A stretch of DNA of 36,864 bases from Bifidobacterium breve (GCA_945877865.1 CAMDVX010000003.1:1-36864), one strand, 5' to 3'; positions 18,860 to 30,288 are shown, counted from the first letter of the stretch. Notes: a model not told the origin generated them from the letters alone. A program made the numbers and translations.

Positions 18860-19461
18860 CCCTCGTCAAGGTCTGCGGGATGACGCGCGCCGACGACGTC
18901 GAGCACGCGGTCCGTCACGGGGCTGACATGATTGGCTTCGTGCTGGTGCCGTGGTCGCCGCGCGGCATTGACCTCGCCACGGTGCGAGCGCTCCGTGGCC
19001 ACGTGCCTGCTGACGTGGAGGCCATTGGCGTGCTGGCAGGCGAGACCGCGGAGCACGCGGCACACGTCCTCGCTGAGGCCCGGCTCGACCGCGTTCAGGT
19101 CTACGGGCCGCACGCGGGCGCGACCGCTGCGCTGCTCGGCGACCGGGCGCTCGTCGCCTGCCGGCTCCCCGACGACGATCCCGAGAGCGCAGACCCGGTC
19201 GTGCTCGACCGCCGCTTCGATGACGCGCCCGACCCCGACGCGCTCGCCGCGCACTGGGCGCTTGCTGCGCAGCTCGCCGACCAGGGCCGCCGCGTCATGC
19301 TGGCCGGCGCCCTCACGCCGAGCAACGTCAGCGCAGCAATCACGGCTGCCCGCCCGTGGGCCGTCGACGTGGCCCGCGGCGTCGAAGCGAGCCACGGTGC
19401 GAAGGACCACGACAAGCTATCGGCGTTCCTCGCCGCCGCGCGAGAAGGAGCAAGAGCATGA
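18856..19461 (+). CDS. trpF: Phosphoribosylanthranilate isomerase
   Basis: VKVCGMT, S.R.I, LAGAL...NV and VDVARGVE...G.KD; position in the operon. Confidence 0.9.
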   Translation: MTLVKVCGMTRADDVEHAVRHGADMIGFVLVPWSPRGIDLATVRALRGHVPADVEAIGVLAGETAEHAAHVLAEARLDRVQVYGPHAGATAALLGDRALVACRLPDDDPESADPVVLDRRFDDAPDPDALAAHWALAAQLADQGRRVMLAGALTPSNVSAAITAARPWAVDVARGVEASHGAKDHDKLSAFLAAAREGARA

Positions 19462-20678
19462 CCGACACGCACCTGTACACCGACGGCACGCCAGCCGATG
19501 CCTACCCGCCCGACGCGCTTGGTCGCTTTGGCGAGTTCGGCGGCCGCTTCGTGCCCGAGACGGTGATGGCCGCCCTCGACGAGCTCGAATCGGCGATGGA
19601 CGAGGCGTTCGCCGACCCCGCCTTTCACGCCGAGCGGGCGCTGCTGTCGCGCGACTTCGTCGGCCGCCCCACCGCGCTCTACCTTGCCGAGCGGCTCACC
19701 GCCGACGTCGGCGGTGCCCGCATCTGGCTCAAGCGCGAAGATCTGGCGCATACGGGCGCCCACAAGATCAACAACGCGCTCGGGCAGGCCCTAATCGCGA
19801 AGCGGCTTGGCAAGCAGCGGATCGTCGCCGAGACGGGTGCCGGCCAGCACGGCGTCGCAACGGCGACCGTCTGCGCGCGCTTCGGGCTGCAGGCCGTCGT
19901 CTACATGGGCGAGGAGGACATGCGTCGCCAGCGCCCCAACGTCGTGCGCATGCACTTCCTCGGCGCGGAGGTCATCCCGGTCACAAACGGCGCGGGCACC
20001 CTCAAGGACGCCCTCAACGACGCGATTCGCGACTGGATCGCCAACGTTGAGACGACGCACTACATGATTGGCACCGCCGCCGGCATGCACCCGTACCCCT
20101 ACCTCGTGCGTCGGCTCCAAGCGGTGATCGGCGAGGAGGCGCGCGCGCAGATGCTGGAGCGCGCCGGGCGCCTGCCTGACGCCGTCGTGGCCTGCGTCGG
20201 TGGTGGCTCAAATGCGATCGGCATCTTCCATCCGTTCCGCGACGACCCCGTGCGGCTCGTCGGCGTCGAGGCCGGTGGCGACGGCGCTGCGCTGCACGCC
20301 AAGACCTTGAGCGGTGGCCGCGTCTCGATCCTGCACGGCTCGCGCTCCTACGTGCTGTGCGATGCCGACGGCCAGGTCGTCGAGACGCACTCGATTAGCG
20401 CTGGCCTGGACTATCCGGGCGTCGGGCCAGAGCACGCGGCGCTGATGGCGTCTGGCCGCGCCGAGTACGTCGGCGTCTCCGACGAGGAGGCGCTCGTGGC
20501 GTTCGACCGCCTCTGCCTCCTCGAGGGCATCATTCCAGCGCTGGAGTCGAGCCATGCGCTCGTCATCGCTGAGCGCCTCGCCCGCGAGCTCGGGCCGGAC
20601 GCCGACATCCTCGTCGGGCTCTCCGGGCGCGGCGACAAGGACGTCGATCAGATCGCCGAGCGACGGGCAACGGCATGA
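19458..20678 (+). CDS. trpB: Tryptophan synthase beta chain
   Basis: [45 protein letters not shown] and SGRGDKD; start ATG 19458. Confidence 0.97.
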   Translation: MTDTHLYTDGTPADAYPPDALGRFGEFGGRFVPETVMAALDELESAMDEAFADPAFHAERALLSRDFVGRPTALYLAERLTADVGGARIWLKREDLAHTGAHKINNALGQALIAKRLGKQRIVAETGAGQHGVATATVCARFGLQAVVYMGEEDMRRQRPNVVRMHFLGAEVIPVTNGAGTLKDALNDAIRDWIANVETTHYMIGTAAGMHPYPYLVRRLQAVIGEEARAQMLERAGRLPDAVVACVGGGSNAIGIFHPFRDDPVRLVGVEAGGDGAALHAKTLSGGRVSILHGSRSYVLCDADGQVVETHSISAGLDYPGVGPEHAALMASGRAEYVGVSDEEALVAFDRLCLLEGIIPALESSHALVIAERLARELGPDADILVGLSGRGDKDVDQIAERRATA

Positions 20679-21421
20679 ACATCCCCCGCCCCTCGCTCGC
20701 GGTCTACCTGATGGCCGACGAGCAGGCCCCCGACTACGCCGAGGCCGCGGTCCGCGGTGGCGCCACCATCATCGAGCTCGGCATCCCGTACTCCGACCCG
20801 CTCGCCGACGGCACGACCATCCAGCGCGCCGCGCAGGCTGCGCTCGACGCGGGCATCACCCCCGTCCGCGCGCTCGAGCTGCTCGCGGAGATCAAGAGCC
20901 GCGTCAACGTCCCCCTCGTGCCGATGACGTACGGCGCCATCGTCGAGGGCTACGGCGAGGAGGGCTTCTGCCGCGATGCGGCTGCCGCTGGCGCTGAGGG
21001 TCTGATCGTCGCCGACATTCCACCGGAGGAATCGGGCCGGCTCCGCAGCGCTGCGGTGTCCGCCGGGATCGACCTGATCCACCTCGTCGCGCCAACCTCC
21101 CGGCCGGAGCGCATTGCCGCCGCCGCCTCTGCCAGCCGCGGCTTCGTCTACCTCGTGGCCGCCGTCGGCGTGACGGGCGCGCGCGAGCACCTCGACGACC
21201 GCGTGGCGGCGCTCGTCGAGCAGACGCGGGCAGCGGCAGGCGACACGCCCATCCTCGGTGGCTTCGGCGTGTCACGCCGCGAGCACGTCGCGGGCCTGAT
21301 CGCCGCCGGGGCGGATGGCGCCATCGTCGGCTCGGCGGCCATCGACGCGATCGACGCGGGCGGCGCCGAGGCGCTTGAGGCGCTCGTGCGCGAGCTGGCG
21401 GCCGGGCTCCAAGCCGTCTGA
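20675..21421 (+). CDS. trpA: Tryptophan synthase alpha chain
   Basis: [31 protein letters not shown] and IVGSA. Confidence 0.96.
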   Translation: MNIPRPSLAVYLMADEQAPDYAEAAVRGGATIIELGIPYSDPLADGTTIQRAAQAALDAGITPVRALELLAEIKSRVNVPLVPMTYGAIVEGYGEEGFCRDAAAAGAEGLIVADIPPEESGRLRSAAVSAGIDLIHLVAPTSRPERIAAAASASRGFVYLVAAVGVTGAREHLDDRVAALVEQTRAAAGDTPILGGFGVSRREHVAGLIAAGADGAIVGSAAIDAIDAGGAEALEALVRELAAGLQAV

Positions 21422-22003
21422 GCAGCCCCCTATCGGCAACGTCGGGATCTGACGGTTGGCGGTGAAGGCACGGTAAGTTGGCCCCCGTGCTGCACTTCGT
21501 CATTGGTGCGCGGTCCTGAACGGATTCGACGGCTGGTAGTGAAGCAAGAGCAGCACGAGGCCCTAACCACAGCACCGTGAAGCACAAGCACCAAATTCGG
21601 ATTGTTCAACCACAGGACGTGGTGCGTACCTCTCGATCAGATTCCACCCGGTCGAGTGCGGCCAGCTACGTCTCACAAACACCAAAGGTGGCCGTCAGAG
21701 CTGCGAGCCAGCAACCACTCGACTCTGACCACGCAAGATGGCCGCGAGCCGCAGTGACGTGATCAAGCTAGCGTCAACGCAGTGGCAGTCCCCACAGCGA
21801 CGAGATAACAACCACCAGCGCTGGTCAGCTTGACCGTCACCGTGGCCGAGCCGGCCCCGAGCGCGACGCTCTTAACCGAGCCCAGCGTAGAGACCCCGTT
21901 CTGCGGCGCGGCGTGCTTGAGCGCAGCGGACTCCCGCGAGGCGCTGAGCCGTGCTCAACCTTCGAGCCACCGACGATGTCCTCGGAGGCGTCGAAACTGG
22001 CCT

Positions 22004-22046
22004 ATCGCCGACCCGGGCCGGCACCGTGGCCGACCCGGGTGACGAT
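22004..22046. terminator. GC-rich hairpin immediately downstream of katG (possible terminator)
   Basis: ACCCGGG (22011-22017) and CCCGGGT (22034-22040) form an inverted repeat flanked by ATCG/CGAT; there is no U-tract. Confidence 0.4.
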
Positions 22047-22051
22047 CGTGA

Positions 22052-24274
<2,223 letters not shown>

Positions 24275-24464
24275 TCACGGCACCCGCACTCCACTCCCGA
24301 CCAAATCGGAGGGGATGACGTCTGGCTGCTGCACGTGTCCTGACGATAGTACGGATTGCCGTTGCGCGGCTCGCTCCCGACCATTGCTCGCTGGTCCCGA
24401 CCACCGTCAACCATCAGCTGCCGACGTTGCCAAGGGGGAAGCCGCCATTGCTACGGTGGTGGGC

Positions 24465-25499
24465 ATGCCAGGGCTGCGGCTGATTGTGCTCGGGCTGCTG
24501 GGGCTGAGCCTCGGGCTGCCGGGCACCGCGCTCGCCCACGGCGGTGCCACGAGCGGTACCGATTACCGCTCGTCGCTCCTCGGCACGCCCGCGGGCATCG
24601 TCGCCCGCATCATCGGCGGTGATGACCGCATCCTGATCGAGCGCACGACTGCCCAGACCGTGGTCATCCTCGGCTACGGCGGCGAGCCGTACCTGCGGCT
24701 TGACGCGCAGGGCACCTGGCAGAACGCTCGCTCGCCCGCCGTCGCTCTCAACGCTGGTCGCACCACCACGGAGCCGCTCGCTGGCAGCAGCGCCACACCC
24801 GCCTGGCAGCGGCTTGGAACGGGCACGAGCGTCGTCTTCCACGACCACCGCAGCCACTGGATGGCTGCGCAGCCACCGGCGAGGGTGCGGGCAAACCCGG
24901 CCGCAAGCCAGCGCCTCTCCGCCTGGACGATCCCCGTCATCGTCGACGGCACGCCTGCCGCGATCCACGGCGACCTGACGTGGGTCGGCCAGCCACGGAC
25001 GTGGCTCTGGTGGTGCGTCTCCGCCCTGCTTGCGCTGTGCGCCGTGGCGGTTGGTTGGCGCAGCCAGCATCGGCTTGCCATCGCCACGGTCGGTGGCGTG
25101 GCCGCCGCCGCAATCACGCTCGTGACGGGCATCAGCCGCGCGCTCGACCTGCCCGACCCGACGACGCCGGTGATCATCGCCACGGCGATCGCTGGGACGC
25201 TGATCACCGCAGCCGTCATCGGCGCCTGGCTCGTGCGCCGTACCCCGGTTTACGGCGCGACGATCATGCTTCTGCTGGCGCTCATGACCAGTGGCGCAGA
25301 ATCAGTCGGGCTCGCTGCCTCGGCCTTCACCTCCGGCCTCGTCCCTGGTCCCCTGCCGACCACGCTGACGCGGATCCTGCTCGCCGTCGCGCTCGCAGGC
25401 ACCAGTGCGGCTGCCGCTGCGGCAGCCGGCGGCTGGCGTGCCCTGCTGACGACCGAGCGCCGAGCAGGCGGCGAGACGACCGCGCCGAAGAGCTGGTAG
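24465..25499 (+). CDS. Uncharacterised exported/membrane protein with a predicted mature N-terminal His and an HDHRxHWM motif
   Basis: Signal peptide ending ALA|HGG, a soluble domain (GYGGEPYLR, HDHRSHWM) and about five C-terminal hydrophobic segments. ATG 24465 is preceded by TACGGT. Confidence 0.8.
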   Translation: MPGLRLIVLGLLGLSLGLPGTALAHGGATSGTDYRSSLLGTPAGIVARIIGGDDRILIERTTAQTVVILGYGGEPYLRLDAQGTWQNARSPAVALNAGRTTTEPLAGSSATPAWQRLGTGTSVVFHDHRSHWMAAQPPARVRANPAASQRLSAWTIPVIVDGTPAAIHGDLTWVGQPRTWLWWCVSALLALCAVAVGWRSQHRLAIATVGGVAAAAITLVTGISRALDLPDPTTPVIIATAIAGTLITAAVIGAWLVRRTPVYGATIMLLLALMTSGAESVGLAASAFTSGLVPGPLPTTLTRILLAVALAGTSAAAAAAAGGWRALLTTERRAGGETTAPKSW

Positions 25500-25502
25500 C
25501 CG

Positions 25503-26093
25503 ATGCTCGCGCGCAGTCGCTCCTGTTGGCTGGTCATCCTGCCGCTGCTCGTGTCGGGCTCGCTGGCGGCGCACGCCGTTGCCTACCGCCTGGTCGGCGG
25601 CTCGGCAGCCGACGCGGACGAGCTGCTCGCCGCCACGGGCCACGGCTACCTCGCCGAGCTGCCCATCGGCACGATGATCGGTCTCGTCACGGTCGCCATC
25701 GGCGTCGTTGGTCTGGGCGTCGAGCGACGGCTCGGCCGCGCCAACCGGGCGGTGCCACCATCGGCCTACGCGTTGCTGCCGCTCGTTGGGTTCGCCATGC
25801 AGGAGCACCTTGAGCGGCTGTGCGCGAGCGGGGCGCTCTCCACGCACCTCCTCACCTCGCCGATCTTCCTCGTGGGGCTCGCGCTCCAGCTGCCCTTCGC
25901 AGCGGCAGCCTGGCTGCTGGTGCGTCTGCTCAGCCGAGTCGCCGACGTGGTTGCTGCGCTGCTGCCAGCGCCCACGCCCCCCCACGCTGGCGTTGCCCCA
26001 GCACGCGTGGTCGAGCGGGTGCAGCACAGCCGCGGTGCCACGATCGCCCGCCACCTCGCGCCGCGCGGCCCGCCCCCGCTCTGGGCACGCTGA
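25503..26093 (+). CDS. Multi-pass membrane protein with a C-terminal RGPP motif (candidate arrest peptide)
   Basis: About four hydrophobic segments with His residues (AAHAVAY, GHGYL, QEHLE), a Pro/Ala-rich spacer, and the ending LAPRGPPPLWAR. Confidence 0.78.
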   Translation: MLARSRSCWLVILPLLVSGSLAAHAVAYRLVGGSAADADELLAATGHGYLAELPIGTMIGLVTVAIGVVGLGVERRLGRANRAVPPSAYALLPLVGFAMQEHLERLCASGALSTHLLTSPIFLVGLALQLPFAAAAWLLVRLLSRVADVVAALLPAPTPPHAGVAPARVVERVQHSRGATIARHLAPRGPPPLWAR

Positions 26094-26150
26094 CGACTCC
26101 GCCACCGGCCAGCGCCGACGGCCTCACCGTAACCGATTGGAGCACCAACC

Positions 26151-26816
26151 ATGCGGAATCACCGCATCCTCAGCCTCGTAGCGTTTAGCGCCGCGCTGGC
26201 CTTCCCTGCCACGGCAGGGGCGCACGTCCACCTCGACCCGGAGCAGGCACCGGCCGCCGGCAGCATGATCTTCTCGATCGTCGTCCCGCACGGCTGCGAG
26301 GGATCGCCCACCACGGGCATCACGCTGCAGCTTCCCCCCGAGGTGCTGTCCGCCAAGCCGGCGCCGCTGGCCGGCTGGACGCTGAGCACTACGACCGAGA
26401 AGGTCGACCCGCCGCAGCCCGACGGCATCGGCGGCGAGCTCACGGAGCGCACCGCTACCATCGCGTGGAGCGGAGGCAACCTCCCCGACGGGCAGCTCGT
26501 CGAGCTGAGGGTGCAGCTGACGCTGCCAGACAGCGCAGGAACCACGCTCTACGTGCCCACCCTCCAGACCTGCAAGGAGGGGGAGACGCGCTGGATTGAG
26601 GTCCCCGCCGCCGGGCAGACGGAGGATGATCTCAAGGCACCTGCGCCGAGCATCCTGCTCGCGGCGGCCAGCGCGGGCCACGGCCACGGCGACGCTGCCG
26701 CGCCCCATCAGGACAGCCATGGCGTACCCATCGCGATCATCCTCGGCGCACTCGGTGCTGCCGCTGGCTGCGCCGGGCTCGTGCTCGGCCTACGCGGGCG
26801 CCGCCGGGCGAACTAA
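26151..26816 (+). CDS. ycnI: YcnI/DUF1775-family copper-binding membrane-anchored protein
   Basis: Signal ending AGA|HV, VPHGCEG, P..GW, I.W.GG, PTLQTC..G...W, PAP and a C-terminal TM followed by Arg residues. Confidence 0.88.
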   Translation: MRNHRILSLVAFSAALAFPATAGAHVHLDPEQAPAAGSMIFSIVVPHGCEGSPTTGITLQLPPEVLSAKPAPLAGWTLSTTTEKVDPPQPDGIGGELTERTATIAWSGGNLPDGQLVELRVQLTLPDSAGTTLYVPTLQTCKEGETRWIEVPAAGQTEDDLKAPAPSILLAAASAGHGHGDAAAPHQDSHGVPIAIILGALGAAAGCAGLVLGLRGRRRAN

Positions 26817-26824
26817 GGGAACAT

Positions 26825-26852
26825 GTCCGGGCCGGCAGCTGCCGGCCCGGAC
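26825..26852. repeat. Perfect 28-bp palindrome between ycnI and copCD
   Basis: GTCCGGGCCGGCAG followed by its exact reverse complement CTGCCGGCCCGGAC. Confidence 0.9.
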
Positions 26853-26858
26853 CCCACC

Positions 26859-28487
26859 ATGCCACGCCACCTCCTCCTCATCCCAATCCTCCTCGCGGCG
26901 CTCGCCGTGCCGACCAGCGCGTCGGCGCACGCAGCGCTGGTCGCGGAGAGCCCTGTCGCCGACTCCGTCCTTGAGCGACCGCCGACCGCGATCGATCTCA
27001 CCTTCACCGAGCCAGTCAATGCCATCGGTGCGCGCGTTCAGATCATCGCCGCCAACGGCAAGCACTACGAGCGCGGGGCACCGACGGTTCGTGACCGCAC
27101 GCTCTCGGCGGGCCTCGACCCCGCGCTCCCTGCAGGCACGACGACGGTGGCGTGGAGCGCGATCTCCGATGACGGCCACCGCGTCAGCGGCGCCTTCACC
27201 TTCGCCGTCGGAGCCGCAACGACGGCTGCACCGAGCGCCACGAGGGCGGCTACGCGCCCCCGCGGTGCCGCCATGAGCAGCACGGTGCTGCGGGCCGCCC
27301 GCTTCGCAGCGATTCTGCTGCTGCTTGGCCTCGTGGCGCTCCTGCTGCTCGTCTGGCAGCCCACCGTGCGCCGTGGTAGCGAGCTCGCGCCGGCCGTTGC
27401 CGACGCTGCCGACGCGGCGTTTCGCCACGTGGCGCGCCGGCTCGCGCTGCTCGTGCCGCTCGCGCTCGCGGCAATCTGCGCGGTCTACCTCCCCGTCGAG
27501 GCCCGTGCCGACGGCATCTCCGTGGCTGAGCTGCTGCGCCTGCAGCAGGGCCGCATCGACGTGCTCGCGCTCGCCATCGCGCTCGCCATCCTGCCGTGGC
27601 TGTGGTGGGCGGCTCGCAGCGATGCTCGTTGGCCGCTGATCGCCGCTGGCCTGCTGGCGCTCGGCCTCGCCGTCACACCTGGGCTGGCTGGGCACGCCGG
27701 CGTGCAGGACCCGGCCTGGCTGGCTCTCCTCGTCGACGGCGTCCACGTGGCCGCGGCTGGCAGCTGGGCTGGCGGGGTGCTCGTGCTCGCGCTGGCTGCA
27801 CCAGCCGTCTTCCGCGCCACGAGCCCCGAGACCCGCGGGCCGCTGATCCACGGCGTCGTGCGGCGCTTCACGCGGGTTGCGCTGGCGGGGCTAGGCGCGC
27901 TCGTGATCACCGGCACCGTCGCCACCATCTCCCTCACGAGCTCCCTGACCGACCTCTGGCAGACGCCGTGGGGAACGATCCTGCTCGCAAAGCTCGCCGT
28001 CGTGCTGCTGGCCGTCGTCGCTGCCCGCTTCGTGCGCCGCGCCATCGCCAGCTTCGAGCGGTCCGTGCAGGTTGAGGCGATTCTGATCGTGACGGTCATC
28101 GCGCTGACCGGCGTGCTGACCGGGCTTGCCCCGCAGCTCAGCCCCGCCAGCCCAGCAGGCGGCCCGCTCCACCTAGAGCGGCGAATCGACGCGCGCACCG
28201 CACAGCTCGACATCGCGCCCGGGCAGGCCGGAGCACCGAGCGAGGTGCACCTCATCGTCGTCAACGACGTGGGACAGCCGGCCGTCGACGTGGCAGACGC
28301 CAGCGTGGAGCTGCGGTCCGAGCAGGCAGGCATCACGCTGCCGGTCACGCTGACGCGCATCGCTGCGGCGCACTGGGCCGGCACGATCACGATCCCCGAG
28401 CCCGGCGCGTGGACCGTCGTCGCTCGGCTCCGCATCGGCGAGTTTCGCGACGAGTCGATCACGACGACGATGACTGCGCTGCCCTAG
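26859..28487 (+). CDS. CopC-CopD fusion (YcnJ-like) copper uptake/resistance protein with a C-terminal soluble domain
   Basis: ASA|HAAL..ESP, LTFTEPV and W.AIS.DGH.VSG.FTF.VG (CopC); GHA, DGVH.AA...WAGG, RRF and G.ILLAKL (CopD). Start ATG 26859; 26823 is the alternative. Confidence 0.9.
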   Translation: MPRHLLLIPILLAALAVPTSASAHAALVAESPVADSVLERPPTAIDLTFTEPVNAIGARVQIIAANGKHYERGAPTVRDRTLSAGLDPALPAGTTTVAWSAISDDGHRVSGAFTFAVGAATTAAPSATRAATRPRGAAMSSTVLRAARFAAILLLLGLVALLLLVWQPTVRRGSELAPAVADAADAAFRHVARRLALLVPLALAAICAVYLPVEARADGISVAELLRLQQGRIDVLALAIALAILPWLWWAARSDARWPLIAAGLLALGLAVTPGLAGHAGVQDPAWLALLVDGVHVAAAGSWAGGVLVLALAAPAVFRATSPETRGPLIHGVVRRFTRVALAGLGALVITGTVATISLTSSLTDLWQTPWGTILLAKLAVVLLAVVAARFVRRAIASFERSVQVEAILIVTVIALTGVLTGLAPQLSPASPAGGPLHLERRIDARTAQLDIAPGQAGAPSEVHLIVVNDVGQPAVDVADASVELRSEQAGITLPVTLTRIAAAHWAGTITIPEPGAWTVVARLRIGEFRDESITTTMTALP

Positions 28488-28540
28488 CCCCCCGAGGGTG
28501 CGCGTCATCGCTATTCTTGCGCGATGCGAAAAGGATCTTT

Positions 28541-28876
28541 ATGGAGCTGACGCTGTGGCAGGAGATTCTGTGGGGCTGGGTCGTCATGACGATCGCCCCC
28601 AAGCTCGTGATCATTCCGATCTGGCGGTGGATGTGGCTCGCGCTGGAAGACACCCGTCGGCAGGATGAGATCGATGCCGCCTGGCGCGCCAGCCTGGAGG
28701 ACTCGGGCTCGGGGCCGGACGGCCGCCGCCGCCAGCGCCCGCGGCAGCCATGGAGCCGCGGACCGCGGCGTGGCCCGGGCGGCTCGGGCGGGGCGGCTGC
28801 TCGCGTGGCGCCGCGCCCGCCTAGCCGCTGCGAGGCACGCGCGCGGCGGCTGCCACGACCTACGCCATCGCGGTGA
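28541..28876 (+). CDS. Small Trp-rich membrane protein with an Arg/Pro/Gly-rich tail
   Basis: AAAGGA then ATG 28541; MELTLWQEILWGWVVMTIAPKLVIIPIWRWMWLAL; GTGA overlap with the next gene. Confidence 0.6.
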   Translation: MELTLWQEILWGWVVMTIAPKLVIIPIWRWMWLALEDTRRQDEIDAAWRASLEDSGSGPDGRRRQRPRQPWSRGPRRGPGGSGGAAARVAPRPPSRCEARARRLPRPTPSR

Positions 28877-29496
28877 CGCCTCCGCCCGACGGGGCGTCTG
28901 TGCTGATCGACCTCCTCGCCGGCTGCGAGACGGGCCGCCTCTTTAACCCCTATCGAGCCGTGGACCCGCTGCACGACGCTGCCGACGGCGCGGCCACTCG
29001 CCGACGCAACCTCGCCACGTACCTCGCCGCCCGCAGCGCACCGCGGGCGCTCCTCGTCGGCGAGGCGATGGGCTGGCGGGGCGGTCGCTTCAGCGGCATC
29101 GCCTTCACCAGCGAGCGCCAGCTGGCCGACTGGGGCGCACCCTACGCGCAGTCATCGTGCCGCCCTGCGGGCTGGACCGAGGCGTCGGCGACGATCATCC
29201 ACGGCGTCCTCGCCGAGCTCGGCATCGAGGACAGCGTGGCCCTCTGGAACACCGTGCCGTTCCACCCGCACCCGCCCGACCGACCGCTGGCCAATCGCGC
29301 GCCGCTGCGCGGCGAGGTCGCGCTGGGCCTCGGGTTCCTCGACCAGGCGATCGCCCTCCTGCGGCCGGAGCGCATCATCGCGATCGGCCGGGTCGCCGAA
29401 GGCTCGCTTGGTGATCGTGCGACCGCACGCGTTCGCCACCCGGCGCAGGGCGGCGCGACGGCGTGCCGAGACGGCCTGCGTCGTCTGCTTGGCTAG
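28873..29496 (+). CDS. Uracil-DNA glycosylase superfamily protein
   Basis: LVGEAMGWRGGRFSGIAFTSE, EASATI, WN.VPFHPH, NRAP, IAIGRVA and VRHPAQGG. Confidence 0.85.
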   Translation: MTPPPDGASVLIDLLAGCETGRLFNPYRAVDPLHDAADGAATRRRNLATYLAARSAPRALLVGEAMGWRGGRFSGIAFTSERQLADWGAPYAQSSCRPAGWTEASATIIHGVLAELGIEDSVALWNTVPFHPHPPDRPLANRAPLRGEVALGLGFLDQAIALLRPERIIAIGRVAEGSLGDRATARVRHPAQGGATACRDGLRRLLG

Positions 29497-29505
29497 CGGC
29501 GCGGC

Positions 29506-30288
29506 TTAGGCGCTGGCGAGGCCGCGGGCGCACCAGTCGCTCCACGAGCCCGGGTACAGCTGCGCGTCGTCGCGTCCTGCATCAGCGAGCCGAAGAATCA
29601 GCGCGCAGGCGGTGACGCCAGAGCCGCAGTAGGCGATCGGCGCGTCAGCAGCGCCGAGCACGTCCGTCGTCACAGCATCGGCTGCGTCGAAGGGCGCGTT
29701 GCGTGCGCCCGCGATGTGGCCCGCGACGGGATCGACCGGCTCCACCTCGCCGCTGTAGCGCGCTGGCGCCCGCGCGTCGAGGACGAGGCGGCCCGCGCCC
29801 AGCGCAGCCTGCACGCCGGCCGCGTCGACGACATCGTTGGCGCGCTCCGCACCGAGCGTGAGGTCGCCCGGCTCGGCGTCAGGATCGCCCTGCGCGAGCG
29901 GCTCGAGCCACGCGGCGAGGCCACCCGCCAGCACGCGGCTGGCGACGCCGTGGTGGCGCAGCAGCCACCACGCGCGTGCTGCCCCGCCCATCCCGTCGTC
30001 GTAGAGCACGAGCTCGCGATCGGCGCGCAGCCCGGCGAGGCGCAGCGACGCCGCGAAGGCATCCCGCCCGGGCAGGGGGTGGCGCCCGCCGATGCGGTCC
30101 TCGCGGACGGGCGCGCTGAGGTCGTCGTCGAGGTCGAGCCGCAGGGCACCAGCGATGTGGCCCGCACGAAAGAGGTCGGCGCCCGCGCCGTGCTCGCCGA
30201 GCCGAAAGCGGCAGTCGACGACCTGGCCGCGGCCTGCGGCCAGCAGGTCGCCGAGCTCGGCTGCGTCGATCAACGGGCGGCTGCTCAT
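29506..30288 (-). CDS. Tandem-domain sulfurtransferase (SseA/rhodanese family)
   Basis: GHIAGA twice, GRHPLP, AARAWWLL, active-site YCGSGVTAC and LYPGSWSDW. Confidence 0.92.
   Translation of the reverse strand: MSSRPLIDAAELGDLLAAGRGQVVDCRFRLGEHGAGADLFRAGHIAGALRLDLDDDLSAPVREDRIGGRHPLPGRDAFAASLRLAGLRADRELVLYDDGMGGAARAWWLLRHHGVASRVLAGGLAAWLEPLAQGDPDAEPGDLTLGAERANDVVDAAGVQAALGAGRLVLDARAPARYSGEVEPVDPVAGHIAGARNAPFDAADAVTTDVLGAADAPIAYCGSGVTACALILRLADAGRDDAQLYPGSWSDWCARGLASA

Noticed and set aside
21511-21560. tmRNA or tRNA gene
   Set aside because: Only a short motif matches; there is no acceptor stem, T-arm 3' end, tag reading frame or cloverleaf.
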